This document shows, piece by piece, positions 49,497 to 62,607 of a stretch of DNA of 64,000 bases; position 1 is the first letter of the stretch, and every line of letters starts with the position of its first letter. Source of the DNA: Podarcis gaigeae (Eukaryota). The notes under the pieces are model-generated. The model saw nothing but the letters and a program-made list of their open reading frames with translations. It was not told the DNA's origin and made no database searches. The position numbers and the translations under genes were made by a program. The stretch is taken from NCBI GenBank assembly GCA_964106915.2, contig OZ066925.1. One strand, 5' to 3'.

Positions 49497-51135
49497 TGAC
49501 ACTCTCTCTGGGAGTCAGAGGCTGGATCCCGGGCCATTACGTCATTCTGCAGGCTAGTAAAATGTGTGATTAAGAGACTCCGATCTTGGGGGCTGGGGGT
49601 TGGCCGGAGGATCAGCAATCCGGCTGATCAGGCGCTGCTACCTGGCTCCAGGTCGACAGCTCTGTCCGATTCCTTTAGATCCAAACCCTCCCCCTCTTAA
49701 ACACTGGGATATGTCTCCCTCCCCCCCCCAACCTCCTTCTTGGCTAAGTTTTGTCGTCTGAGAAGAGCGTCAAAAGGGGAAATACCTGCTAAGCTCAACT
49801 TGCCTGCTGCGGTGTTTGCGCCATGCTGAGCGATCGTCGAGATCCAGGGCTCCTAGGAAAACTTCGCAGCGCCAAAGACAAAGAGCTTTCTCCCCCCCAC
49901 CCCCCCACCTCCAGCACACATCCCTTTCCCCCTTTTAACCGGGATAGTAGGCAAGTAGTAAGCCTGTCTCTTTAAATCCCCACCACCAAGCAGCGCGATG
50001 AGAAGTTTCTTACACGGAATCGGGCTGATACTGCGCGCGCAAAGTTTGGAAGAAGGAAAAAGGTCTGATCGGGAAGGGAGAGTTTTCTAGGGATTTCCTG
50101 GTCATCACCGAAAGGTTGGGCGGGAACATTCCGATCCCGATTATATCTTACTTGGAAATATCCTATTGAATTTCCCGAGGTTTTTCTTTTTAAACCCAGG
50201 GAGCTTCCAGTTGTAGCAGCCTTTCCACTGGCTCCTGGGGACGCTGCACTTGGCTGAAACTAGGACCTGAGAGAGATTTGGAACTGAGGTGGCTTGAGTC
50301 TAGCGAGTCACCTCAACTAACTCCCAAGAAAACTTTTTTTTTTTGCAGGAAGAAACTGTCATGGAGAAAAAGTGAATATAAACTTAGGCAGATAGATTAC
50401 TTCAATCCAGATCTTGTCTGTACATTCACATATGCACACACCACGCAAATATAAAATCTGTGAGTGTGTTTATATAATTTTAGGTTCTTCTTTATGAGGG
50501 AAGAGGCAACACAACTCTGAATTGTGCTGCTGCACAACTGGGGGTGGAGTCTGCCAAGTTTCGAAAGTAGTCTTGAGCATCTTTTACTTTTACGCTTCAG
50601 ACAAAAATTTTCAGCAAGAACTTTAAACGGCTAAATCTCATTCTTGGGACTCCCCCCCCCTTCTCTTGTGCAGGTTGCAAAGCCCCAGAGAGAAGTGTGA
50701 TTAATGATCAGCTATAAGTGATTAGTGGTTTTATTCAAACTGTTACCTCTGACCAGAAGCACACATCAGAGGATTAAGAGGCTCTTTTAGATAAATGCTC
50801 ATTAGTGGAAGGGGAAAATCAAAGATAATAGGCAGGCACACAGAGACAACTTTCTAGGAAAATCACTCCTGTCTTTGGAATAATAAGCTCTGTTCACAGA
50901 AAGGCACTTTAATTTAAAAGTTGCTTTTATCTTGTAAATCAAAGTTTGATGTAGAAGTCCACCGGGCTATTATAACCTAGATTTTCCCATATCCACAGGA
51001 CATAGATTGTCCTGGTTGTGATATTTCTTTTCCTTATAAAGAAACAATTGGGATCTTGAAAGAAACTAATCATTCCCAAGTCCAAGTATCTTAAGGTATC
51101 CACTTTGAACGTAAGCCTGAGAGACCTGTTGTCGG

Positions 51136-51152
51136 TTAACTAGATGGCGCAG
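51136..51152 (+). promoter_or_regulatory. Candidate CTCF site
   Basis: aACTAGATGGCGCa matches the CTCF core. CpG retained. Confidence 0.45.
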
Positions 51153-54100
51153 TACAGTATATACATCCTAGAGATGTATAGTTCTCCAGTGCAGCATGTA
51201 GCAGCAGCTCACTGCGTGTCCTTTAATGCTTTCAAAAAAAGTTGATTCTATCCCGGGTTTAAAGCTAGACAGTTCTATACATTTTTAGTCACATTTTCCA
51301 AGCAAGTTAAAGGCTCGTGGAAAAATTAATCTCACCGCTTCAAGAAATGGAAGGGGTGAGAGCGGGTTGGTGGGTGTCAAACACTTGATTAAAGTACTGT
51401 AGTTACTTGGAACGGGAGATCTGCTTTCAACAGTGGATTGAACAGCTAGAACTCCACTAGTCTTACATTCAGAATCATAGACTCAGACAGATTTTCCATG
51501 TTACTTTTACTGTTGAGAGAGAACAAAATACGGGCACTAGGAAGGAGAGTTGACTTGTGGATTGGGTGAAGCAACTCATCCTCCAGAATGCGGTTCTTTT
51601 TTCCCTTGTCCACTCTTTTCTTCTGCTGTCTATGTGCTATCCTGTGTTTTGTGGTGAATTATTACCTATTGCTTATTATACTTCGTAAGGTATCATGATA
51701 ATGGTGCTGTACTTCCATTTATGTCTCATGCTTGTGCTGGGAGACAGGGCTCAAACAGTAAATTTGACAAACAAAACAACTTGTTTATTATGTGGTGCCA
51801 ATGGTTACAACTGCTCAGGCTAAACTCTCTTTAAAAAGATACCTACGTCCAATGAGTAGTGGAGAGAGAAGTAAGACTAGGGGTGATATATTTGACTTGA
51901 AGTGTTGTTTAGGATTGCAGTATAGGTATTCTGGATATCCTTCTCTTGTATATAAAAAGGTGAGGCCTGAGACAGATCTGTTGACACAGCAAACTGTATT
52001 AACAGCAAAAATTAGTGTTGCAATTCAGACTGGAATGGGAATGAGGTTGAGGAAAGGGGGATCTCAAAAAGAGCATAGTTTGAAACTGCAGGGAAAGCCC
52101 AAGATAGAGTGGACCATCTATAGTTTGCTATGACTCTTCAGAAGTCACTGGCTCCATTTGTCTAGATGTTGTGCATTGTGATATTTAGTTCGAGGGCCCT
52201 TTCTAGAATCTAGAGAAGTGTTCCTGGTCTCTCGGCCCAGTTATTACAAACTTTTTATAGCATTGCACCTAATCTAATCTTGCAATAGTCCCACTTGGAA
52301 ATCAGTCCTGTCTAGAAAATAGGGTAGATTCAATGTGCAATTCTCATACACCTGTGTTTATTTCACGCTGGGTGAGAGACATCGATCATCACATGTGTGA
52401 TGAAGTATGTCATGTATTGGAAGTTTGTAACATTTCACAAATGTTTGCTCACACCAGGTTTAGAGTTTAGGCAATTGGCACCACGTAGTGTGTGTGTGAA
52501 GCGGCCCTTAGTTGGAAGGGAGTAACTATAAATTGACTTAAGACACTTGATATTTTGCCGTCCTCCCATATTAGCAAATCTTTATGCTGGCAGTAGGGAC
52601 AAAGCAATTCAATCTGCACACCTCAACAGAAAGACCCAAACCCACTTTGAGATATTTTGTACTTCAGCACAATACAAACCTGGGTGCCTATCATGAATAT
52701 GCGTCTGTTTTTTATGATCTGGGCTGCTTTAGAATGTTCTGTTCTTCCTTTTTTGTGTGAAAATCATCCAATGTGTCTAGTTAAAAAATAATTGTGCAGG
52801 CCTCATAAATTAGGAAGCTGCCTTTGGTGTGATCTGCCTTTAAGTGGAAACCTAGTTTAGGTTCATATGAAATTTCATACAACTGACTGTCTTCCTGATG
52901 GCAGATAAAATTAGCCCTGTGTAATATTTCACAATTTTCAAGTTCCATCAGCGTTTCTTTTCTTTTGCCAAAGTGTATTAATGCACAGCTTAAAACACTT
53001 ACTTCAGCAAGTTGAAAATTATCTTCGACAGAGGATAGTAAAATTTGGTCCCAGTCGCTTGTTACCTTTGTCTAAACCTCTTAATACTTAAAAAGTGGTT
53101 ATGTAGTTACATTTGTTTAAAATCCACATTAAAGTCAGGATTCTAAAGGCTGTTGAATCCCCCCCCCACTTAGTCATTCCATTTAACTGAATGATCCTTT
53201 CCTGAATTGGGTTTTGGATTTGCATATAGATTTTTTAATCGTTAAGAGGCTAACCAGTTTTAATTAAGTCATTTAAATTGCATTGCAGTTCATATAGTTG
53301 CTAGTTCACATCCAGACACATTTTGTTACCTGATTTGTTTAGCCATGCTATAGCTGTCTGGGCATGGGTTTGAGAATAAAGAACTTCCACCTCTAGTTAG
53401 TGTATGTTAAAGAGTTACGGTCCTGGGATGAAGTTCTTAGCACAATTGTGTTGCTTGAATTCCACTGTAGCTGATGCAGAAGCATGCAGGACTGTGGCTC
53501 TGGTTTTCCGGATGTAGAACGTTGCCAAATCTAATATCTGAAGGCTACAAACCATGCAAATCGTGTACAGTTTGGTACATGTCACATAGCTGCATCAGGA
53601 GGTACTTTGTGAAGCATAGCACGAAATCTTAAATAACAAGAGTTCCCACCCAGCCTGATAGCCCTTTGTTTCCGTCTTCAAAAACGTAATGAATCATGTT
53701 GTTGACTCAGTTTGGTGAGATGCAAAATGTAAAAGGAGGTGTGATATTAACTACGAACCAAAACTTTAAAGCCATGCTAACACGACAGATGTGTTTCTCT
53801 AAATTACTTTGTTAAATTTGGAAACGGATGCCAAACACACAGTCCTAATTTTTAGTGCTTGCATTCAGTTAATGCTGTCTTATTTGGGAAGTTAATTGAA
53901 ATGTAATTCATTTGCAGATAAATATACTTAGGATTGCTGCCTTTGCATTCCAGTCCTGAGCATGTTTACATTGATTTGAGTGGAACTTACTTTTAGGTTT
54001 AGGGTCTTTAGGTATCACCAGTGCACTACTTTTCTGGTTAAAAAAAAAAGGTTACTTGCAATCCAATCCAATAATGTTTACTCCAAAGTAAGTACCATAA

Positions 54101-54754
54101 CTTCTAGTGTTGCATACTCCAAGCAAGTATGAATGGAATTGCAGCTTTAGTAAGTTACTAGGTCATAGCAATAATTAGACCAGAGATTATATTCTGGTCT
54201 AATTGAGTATCAGCCAAGTTAAAAAGTAGGAAAATGCTTATACAAGGAGGTAATTCTTTGAATATAATTGTTATGCCCATCATTCATGTTCCGTAATAAT
54301 AACTGTTTAATGGGGAATAATGGGAAATAACACTGTGTTGAGTTTTTATAGCTAAAACATATTTGAGATGTTTTCAAGCCTGAGCCAGCCAGCATCTTTA
54401 TAATAATAGCTTGCTTGGTGTTCCCAGGGACGTTTGCATTACGTAGATCCTGCTCTTTTGAAATAAAGCATATGTGGTTCTGTACAATGCAAATTAAAAC
54501 AATGGATAAAACAGAATGCTCCCAAATAATTGGCTAATAAAAAACTGTGAACAAACAAACAATTAACTAACTAACTAACTAACTAAATAAATAAATAATA
54601 AAGCTGCAGAAGAAACCAAGTAGATCTGCTAGGGAAGGAGACCCCTTGGAATTCAGAAAAGCCTGAACTGTCTTCTGAAAAAGCATAACTCTTGAATACC
54701 ATTGTAATGCCAACAGAGAGGAGGCAGAATCAACAAAAACAACAACAACAATGT

Positions 54755-54895
54755 TTTTACCCCGGAGATCTGGCTGGATTTCCCCAGCCACTCTGGGTGG
54801 CTTACAGCACATATAAAACACAATATAAAACAGAAAAAAACATCAACCATTGAAAACTTCCCTATACAGGGCTGCCTTCAGAGGTCTTCTAAAAG
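54755..54895 (-). mobile_element. L2 3' tail
   Basis: ccccagccactctgggtggc...aaaacttccctatacagggctgccttcaga. Confidence 0.8.
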
Positions 54896-54999
54896 TCTTC
54901 TAAAATAAGAGTTTCAATGCCTTGATTTCCATGCCTTGAGAAGACATGTACTGGATGGAGAATCTCTATACTGTGAGACCCTGCAGCAACCATACATTC

Positions 55000-55290
55000 C
55001 ATAGTTAGAACCACACTTGACAACTGTTATCTGCTCTATGTGAGGCAGCCTTCAAAGATGGTTCAGAAGCTTCAACGGCTGCAGAATGGAGGTGTCTGCT
55101 TGTCTGTGAGGACCAGGCACTTAGAGCACACGACACCCATGTCGTCTTAGCTGCCATGCTTGCCATTTCTAGTGACCTCTGAAGCTCTGAATGAATTGGG
55201 ACCAAGCTGCTTGAAAGATCACCTGCACCATATCAGTGTGTCTGGGCTCTGAGATAGGCTTTGAAGGCCCTGTTTATTGGTCCATCGCTA
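55000..55290 (+). mobile_element. Old L2 ORF2 fragment
   Basis: Decayed LD.C..LY...P.K.V.KLQ..QN block. Confidence 0.55.
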
Positions 55291-55308
55291 AGAATGGTTA
55301 AGTCTGGT

Positions 55309-55555
55309 GAGCCCAGTGTGGTGTAGTGGTTAAGAGCGGTAGTCTCGTAATCTGGTGAACTGGATTTGCTTCCCTGCTCCTCCACATGCAGCTGCTGGGT
55401 GACCTTGGGCCAGTCACACTTCTCTGAAGTCTCTCAGCCTCACTCACCTCACAGTGTTTGTTGTGGGGGAGGAAGGGAAAGGGGAACGTGAGCCGCTTTG
55501 AGACTCCTTTGGGTAATGATAAAGAGGGATATCAAATCCAGACTCTTCTTCTTCT
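55309..55555 (+). mobile_element. Squam3-type SINE
   Basis: Full length, TSD taagtctggt/taagtccggt. Confidence 0.88.
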
Positions 55556-57239
55556 TAAGTCCGGTAAGCACCTTTCTGTTTATTTATTTTACTTATGTAT
55601 TAAATTTGCATGCTGCCCCTCACCTGCGGATCTCAGGGTGGCTCCCAACATAAAAATGAAATATAAGAGCACAAAATACATGGCAAAAACAAGAAAAAAG
55701 AAGCATATGTAAGCATGGTGACCCCATTCCCTCCCCAGAATAGCCTCTGCACTAATGTATTTTTTAATACATGTATTGTTTACTGGGCCTTAAAGACCAT
55801 TTTATTCCCAACTGCTTTTAATTGACATTGATGCTGAGGATTTGTCACTTTAAGGTGTGTGTGTTTGCTTAATGCATTATCTGGTACTTGTTTATATAGT
55901 TTTATTCTGTTGCTGTTGTTTTATCTGCTGCTGTTTTAATTCAGATATATGAGTGTGTCTTGTTTCAATGTATTTAATATTGTGTATCACCTTAAGGGAG
56001 TAAGTCTAAAAAGTTTAGAGAGAGAGAGACTACTTCTTTTTTTTTTTTTTTTGAGAAAAACTCCTTGAAACAAGGTCATTTAAAATACATTTAAAAGTTC
56101 GGATTGGTTCATTTGAGAGAAGGCAGCCTCTAGGCCAGGCATAGGCAAACTCGGCCCTCCAGATGTTTTGGGACTACAGTTCCCATCAACCCTGACCACT
56201 GGTCCTGTTAGCTAGGGATGATGGGAGTTGTAGTTCCAAAACATCTGGAGGGCCACATGTTGTCCTTGACTGGTGTAGACCATGCTTAACTTGGACTACT
56301 TGGTGTATGACAGATAGATACTGACTTGGTGTACGGCAGATAGATATGCTTATGTTTGGCTGCCTATTGCTTTAAATGTCAGCACCTTCCCTTGAAACTG
56401 GGCCTGGGAAGCCATTTGGATCTAATGAAGCTGTTTGAAAATTGGCATCGTATGTTCCCTATGGCCCGCCCCAGTTGACAGTTTGGCAGCAGCCATTTTG
56501 ACTCAGTTATCTTTTCTGAGAGCTCTTCAAAGGCAGCCCCACATGATCTTACTTAATTAAAAGTTGGCGTACTGATTTTAGCATGCAAATGGTGATTGTA
56601 GTAAAACACTTGAAAATATGGAGTTGTCCAAAGGGAGATGGCTGGGTTTTTGATGTTTTTTTAAATGGAGTATTATAAACATAATTTCTAATACTTTTCC
56701 CCTGGGGATTTTCAAAGTAAAATTTAAAAAATAAGACTTAGTATGGTTTCCTGAGCTTGTAAGATGTTATGCTTCATTTAATATATATACATATACATAT
56801 CTCCCTGCTTGGAAATTCAAAGAAGTCACTTCTCCAAAGTAATTTTAATAAATATTTTAGATATACTAGTGTTAGTTTAATTTGATATAATGCTTGCAGT
56901 TTTTGAGATCTCTCATTGTGTGATTCTACTCTAGGATCATTGTCAAAAAAAAATGCTCAGCTTGCTCTGTGTCGCTACTGGTGTTTAGCTTGCATTTCTC
57001 AAGTAGCACCCTCTCATATACCCACCAGGTATTCGGATACCATTTCACCTGTGCTTAAACAGCTGCAGTGTCTCAGTTTTGGGGCGCAATCCGACATATT
57101 CAGTATGCATGACTTAGAACCAAGGCACCTGAATAGTAGCATATGTTAAGGTCTTTCTTGAAGGTCCACCTCAGGGTGCTCTGAGATTCCACACCCCAAA
57201 TGATGAGGTATAAATATTATTCAGTCAATCGATAAAGAT

Positions 57240-57546
57240 CAGTGCCAGATTTACATATAAGCTAAACAAGCTATAGCTTAGGTGCCCCCCCCCAAAAAAA
57301 ATTAAAGGGAAAAAAAACACTGGATGTCCATTTCCAAAATATAAGATAAAAAACAAATAAAATAAAACCTACATACAGCAACAGTGGCAAGTGGCTTTAG
57401 ATACCTATTAGGTCCATAAATGACCATATAGCATATTTTCAACACAAAAAAGTGGCAATTTGTTGTTGATAAAGGACAGCTGGACATATATAGGGCCCCA
57501 TTACCTTCAGTAGCTTAGAGCCTCATCAAACTTTAATCCGGCCCCG
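57240..57546 (-). mobile_element. hAT MITE (internally deleted copy)
   Basis: Same family as 10976, perfect 8-bp TSD ataaagat. Confidence 0.9.
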
Positions 57547-59282
57547 ATAAAGATGCAAAACTGTTATGGCATGATCAAAGAAGGAAAGCATTCAAGAGTT
57601 CCATAGGGTATGTGCCAGCTTTCGGATGAACCTAAAGTAGTTCTCTGGATTGTGGACCAGGGGATTGTGGGATGTAATGGTTTAGTGGTTCATCAAAGAA
57701 AGCAAATGAACTGTAAGGAAATAGGGTGAATTAGCTAGGAAACCTGAACAGGTTACATACTCATAGAACCCATACTGGGACTTTAGTTATCACTTATAAC
57801 TCATTCTTCTGTGTGGAATTTACAGTGATGGTGGTAAAGTGTAGGTCATTTCTATTCGCTTGTGATGGGATTATGTCTGAAGGAGGGATTCCAATCCATG
57901 TAATGACTGTAAATTCAGAATCAGGGGGACAGTATTAGTCTGGATTAATTAACACAGAGCACATGTGTGTGAGCTTGCATATGGGTGCAACAGTCAGTCT
58001 TCTGAAATTACAGAAGTGCTGCTATCTGATCCTTAGTTATTTGGCTTTCACCACTGCTCTTAGTCTTCCTTATAACATCCATATAATGCTACATAAGACA
58101 AACAGCACTTTTAAAAAGTACTGTAAGAAATCCGATATATACAAATTAAGGGTCGACATGACCCAATCCACTAGGGTGGCCGTGTGTCCTATTTTATAGA
58201 GGACAGTCCTCTATTTGTAGAGCTATCAGTGGACAGTTCTCTGTTTGAAGGAGTCATCTATTGAAATGTCTGTCTGGTTGAAGTCTAATTTAAAGATAAA
58301 TAGAAGGAACAGCAGCGACCTTGAAGTTACCTTTCAACAGTTAGCACTTGAATGGACAGCAGATTCAGCAGGAACACACCTGGTCCCCTGCTACTATGGT
58401 GGCAATGTATTACATTTCCTTTTAAATTAGAGTCATTCTTTCTACATTTGTATCTTTAGATATATATTAGCATATGCAAATTGTATGCAGATTTGTGCCA
58501 TGTTTTGTCCTCTTTTTGGTATTGCATAAGTGGACACCCTATCTCTCCCCCCACCCTACAAAACAAATTAATGAATTGGGATTTTTGTGAACCACTGGCT
58601 TTTGCAGTTCCTGAAACACAGGTCCTGGCTATTTACACATTCAGGGTGATCTCCAGTCATGGTTTCCCCCATGGACTTCTGTTTGTATGCATTGGAGTTG
58701 CCTTCCTCTCTTCCGCACTGCAACTCCTAGTGCCTCAACCCCCATCTCACCCCAAATCTGCTGTGGAGGGGCAACCCTTCAGAATAGATGGGGTGTGAAG
58801 AACAGGAAGGACATTGGATCTGCAACATTGGATCTGTTGTGTGTGTTGTCCATGCAAATACAGAAATGCACTTTTGTTTCAGCCTTGCAAATGTATGAAC
58901 TGCTTTGTTGCACATGAATAAGCCCAGGGACGGCCTATATGCAGAAGGGCATACAAACAATTCAGGGGAAACTTGCAATAATCTGGCTGCATCACATATA
59001 TAAACATACTTCATGCTGAATCAAGTTTTGAAACGTTGAAGAGCAGGCTTTTAAAGAAGAAAGATTGGAAAACACGGAATGAAATCATATACAAAAAATG
59101 AATTGGAGTGGAAGATGACATTTGCCCATACCTACACTTTTTGGACGTTTATTTATTCTCTTCCTGTCTGGAATTTGTTTCCTTCTTTGCCCTGCCAGAG
59201 CCACATACCCCTAGGCACAGCTAAACTGATTTAACATTTTTGCAGGCAATGGTTTGTAAGCTCTTTTATTTGGGACTACAGT

Positions 59283-59467
59283 CACTGGCAGAGGAAGAGG
59301 AGTGCGGGGGGAGGGCACTGCCCCCAGCAGCACAATCTCGGTGGGGTGCCATTATGGCTGCCCCCCTGCCCACGCTGGGCGCCCCGCCCCAGGGATGTGC
59401 GCCAGCCCTGCCCCCGCCTGCTCTCTCTCCCCCCCCCCAAGTGCTGGAGCATGAAGCTCCGCCACTG
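59283..59467. mobile_element. GC-rich MITE
   Basis: Imperfect TIR cactggcagag / ctccgccactg around an isolated GC-rich patch. Confidence 0.55.
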
Positions 59468-59543
59468 GGTGCAGTTCTAAATACTGGGCTTTCTATATGT
59501 GTTTTGAATGTTTGCAATGGGTTTTTGGACTCAGTATACAAAA

Positions 59544-59546
<3 letters not shown>

Positions 59547-59577
<31 letters not shown>

Positions 59578-59645
59578 TTTTGTATACTGTATGTATATAC
59601 ATGTTTATGTATATACATACGGTATACAAATGTGTGTGTGTGTAT
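59547..59645. repeat. (TA)n/(TG)n compound microsatellite
   Basis: Direct reading. Confidence 0.9.
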
Positions 59646-59649
59646 TAGC

Positions 59650-60085
59650 ATATCATTTTCAACAATTATTGAACATACTTTTATATCTTATTTTTTGACT
59701 TCCGTCAATCACATCTGAAAATTTTCCAATCTTTTTCACTTAATTTACATTTCTTACTTTCACTATTACATTTAAATATCATAACTAATGCCTCTCTTCT
59801 TTGCAAACTTCTTGTAGTCCTACTAGTGCAATTTGGTGATTACAGTTGCTATTCAAATAGTTTGTATATTTCTTCCAATCTTCTGTAAATCTCTGATCCT
59901 GCAGGTTTCGAATCCTTCCTGTCATTTTGTCTAATTCGGCGTAGTCCATTAATTTCGTCTGCCATTCTTCTTTCGGCGGTATTTCTTCTTGCTTCCATTT
60001 CTGGGCCAACAAAACTTTTGCCGCTGTTGTTGCGTATAAAAACAGTTTAATGTCCAGTCTAGTAATGTCCTCACTTATAACGAAA
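59650..60085 (-). mobile_element. L1-clade LINE 3' fragment (different subfamily from the 1471 copy)
   Basis: ORF 59785-60090, LFLYATTAAKVLLAQKWKQEEIPPKEEWQTKLMDYAELDKMTGRIR...EDWKKY, is homologous to ORF 1484-1699. Confidence 0.85.
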
Positions 60086-62036
60086 GCCATAAGTTAAAGC
60101 TTGTTGAAGTAGCAGGTACTAGTGCTGCTTAATGTACTTTAGTTATGATGTTACTACAGAGAGACAAGCTGGTCCAAATGTTTAGGGTTATGACCCATGA
60201 TTTACATAATGGAAGCCTCAATCCACATCATTCAGTTTCCTTCAACAAACCATTAGGCTATCTCGCATAATGCTTTATACTGTAGGTTTCATCTGTACAC
60301 CATAGGTTCTAATTTTTTAAACCCAAATATCCTTTAAGCTTTTCTGCTTTAATTTATCTTCATTCCTATTTGGATGTGCTTTTCTCTTCTGCAGTTGTCT
60401 TAATTTGAACACTACTCCTCTTTCCTAAGTGCCTTCTATTTTATTTTATTTTCTGTGAGTTCTAGTCTGTGGTTTTATTGGGATTGTAGAATTGTCTGTA
60501 TGGGGCATAGTCTGGCAATAGGGACTTGCTCTTTAACTCCCATCTTAAACAGGATTATTTGGAAATGAATCCCATTTGTTTGTTGGATAAATGTGCCCAA
60601 GGTTGGAATGTTTGAGTTGCCAGAAAGGAAAAGGATGGGTGATCAAGTACGCAAGAGCATTAAATTTAATTTTGAATTCTCTTAAATACAGCCTGTCAGT
60701 AGTCTCGCTATCTCCATTTTCCCTAGAGGCAAAATGCTTCCTGGCACTCGACTGGGTGCTTGTGACATGACTGCACGTATTGCCAGCTTCTTTGTGCTTC
60801 AAAGTTAATTTGGTGAAGGCTGCAGTCCTATAGCTGCTTTCCATGGGGAAAGCTCCATTGGACTGAATGGGCCCTATATCTGAATAGACATGCCTAGGAT
60901 TGTATTGTAAATGTCAGGATTGTACTGTAAATGTGGGAATCTCAGGGCAGCCATTCTCAGATTTCTTTGGAGGTGTCTTGTCTTGTCTAGAAACTGACAT
61001 AGGGGAATGGCAGTTAAACATTCAACAGTGGATCAGAGGCTCTGAAGTGTAAGAAAGTGAAAGCTAAGTTTAGGAAATTCAAAGTATCATTTCAGGGCTT
61101 TTGTTTGCTACTCTTTCGTTGCATGTTGCTAAAACCTGGTTCAGATTAGCATCATTTTTCTAGAAATTGCCACTATTTGAATAAAGAATTTTCACTTTTT
61201 TGTATTCAGACAATATCTATTTAGTGTGTAATATAGATACATAGATGGAAGAACAACAAAGCATGCCAAGTATTTATAATTCTCATAAAGTACAGTATCT
61301 CTCCACTGAAAACCAGCGGACAATAGTACAACTGGCTGGAGTTTTCAATTCCCATGTTCCTGAAAGTGTTTATTACACTTTGTATTGCTGTATTTTAAAC
61401 AATGGGCACAAACCGCACAAAGATAAGCACCCCTGATTTCAATGGGAAAGTTCAGCAGTGTGCTTAACTTCAGCAGGATAGGACCCTAAATGATGTTTGC
61501 TTTCAAGGATGGCATTCACATAACTTAGAGAAACAATGCACATTGTAATAATCCCCACTTCAAATTGTTTTGTTTCAGGTTGGCTCCAGTCCATTGAAGG
61601 ATATCAGTATATCTAACCTGAAGCAAAGATCTTTAACATTTCTTCAATTGTTCACATGGGCCAGGATCCAAAGATCCAGGCCCAGACTAGACGAGACACC
61701 ATTAACACAATTAGCCTTGAAAATAAAAGAAAATAAAAAATAAGGAGCAGGTGAGGGCGTGATCTGGGTTGGGCCCATGTTCTGTGGGAATTGGTGGGCT
61801 TGTTATTCTTTGCACCTCACTGTGCGACTGATCTGGATTGGAGACCCCACATCTGCTATTTACATCAGAATACAAGCTCCCAGTCAAAGATTTTGATGCA
61901 ATTCAAAGGAGGCAGAAGGGTCTCTCTGAGATGGATCAGCATGGTGGGGAGGGAGGGAGAGAGAAAAGGATGGAAGCTCCTAGTTCCCATGATCCCAATT
62001 TAGGTCAGGCCCCCATGCTAATTCACACAATTTCTA

Positions 62037-62277
62037 CAGTGGTACCTCCGGTACCGTTCCAGAAGTCCGTTCTTAAACCAAAGCGTTCTTAAACCAAGGC
62101 GTGCTTTCCCATAGCAGCTGGGGACTCAATTTACAAATGGAACACACTCAACAGGAAGCGAAACCTGTTCTTATTCCAAGGCAAAGTTCACAAACCAAAA
62201 CACCTACTTCCGGGTTTGCAGCGTTCTTAATCCAAGTTGTTCATAAACTAAGCTGTTCTTAAACCAAGGTACCACTG
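62037..62277. mobile_element. Tc1/mariner MITE (related subfamily)
   Basis: TA|CAGTGGTACCT...AGGTACCACTG|TA with a different interior. Confidence 0.85.
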
Positions 62278-62333
62278 TAACTGCATGAGCGATGTCTGGT
62301 ATAAGGAGGCTTCAGATCTGATTTTCTTAAGAG

Positions 62334-62487
62334 GGCCTGGATAGCTCAGTTGGTTAGAGTTTGGTGCTGATGATGTCACGGTTGCAGGTTCGATCCCTGT
62401 TATGGGACAGCTTCACAGTCCTGAGTTTCAGGGGGTTGGACTAGATGACCCTCAGGGTCCCTTCCAATTCTACAAATCTATGATTCT
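62334..62487 (+). mobile_element. tRNA-Ile-derived SINE with CR1 3' tail
   Basis: Head tagctcagttggttagagtttggtgctgatgatgtcacggttgcaggttcgatccctgt aligns by eye to tRNA-Ile. Tail shared with the 14519 copy. Confidence 0.8.
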
Positions 62488-62607
62488 TAAGTAAGAGATG
62501 CCACTCTTTTGCCAAATCACACTTCAGTTTCCAAAGCAGTTTGTGATAGGACATGGGGGAAGTAGCTACAAAAAAGCAAACAGGATTTTTTGCTGGACTG
62601 TATACAC

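Larger units (their letters stand above)
47130..50130. promoter_or_regulatory. CpG island
   Basis: Sharp rise in GC and CpG density, with many CGCG, against a CpG-depleted background. No TE insertions seen. Confidence 0.9.

Noticed and set aside
48914-49618. 234-aa ORF and the other overlapping ORFs in the CpG island and at 41663-41939
   Set aside because: They span N gaps or reflect stop-codon scarcity in GC-rich DNA, and show no recognisable domain.
29383-60209. Window-wide enrichment of D-box motifs (29383, 36787, 60202 and others)
   Set aside because: A few AT-rich 8-mers are expected by chance in 64 kb on both strands, so enrichment cannot be claimed without a background model.
50660-61640. 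Isolated splice-acceptor-like sites (ttctcttgtgcag near 50673, ttgttttgtttcag near 61578) and a donor CTG|GTAAGT near 32038
   Set aside because: There is no matching partner site with an open, recognisable frame, and such motifs are common by chance.
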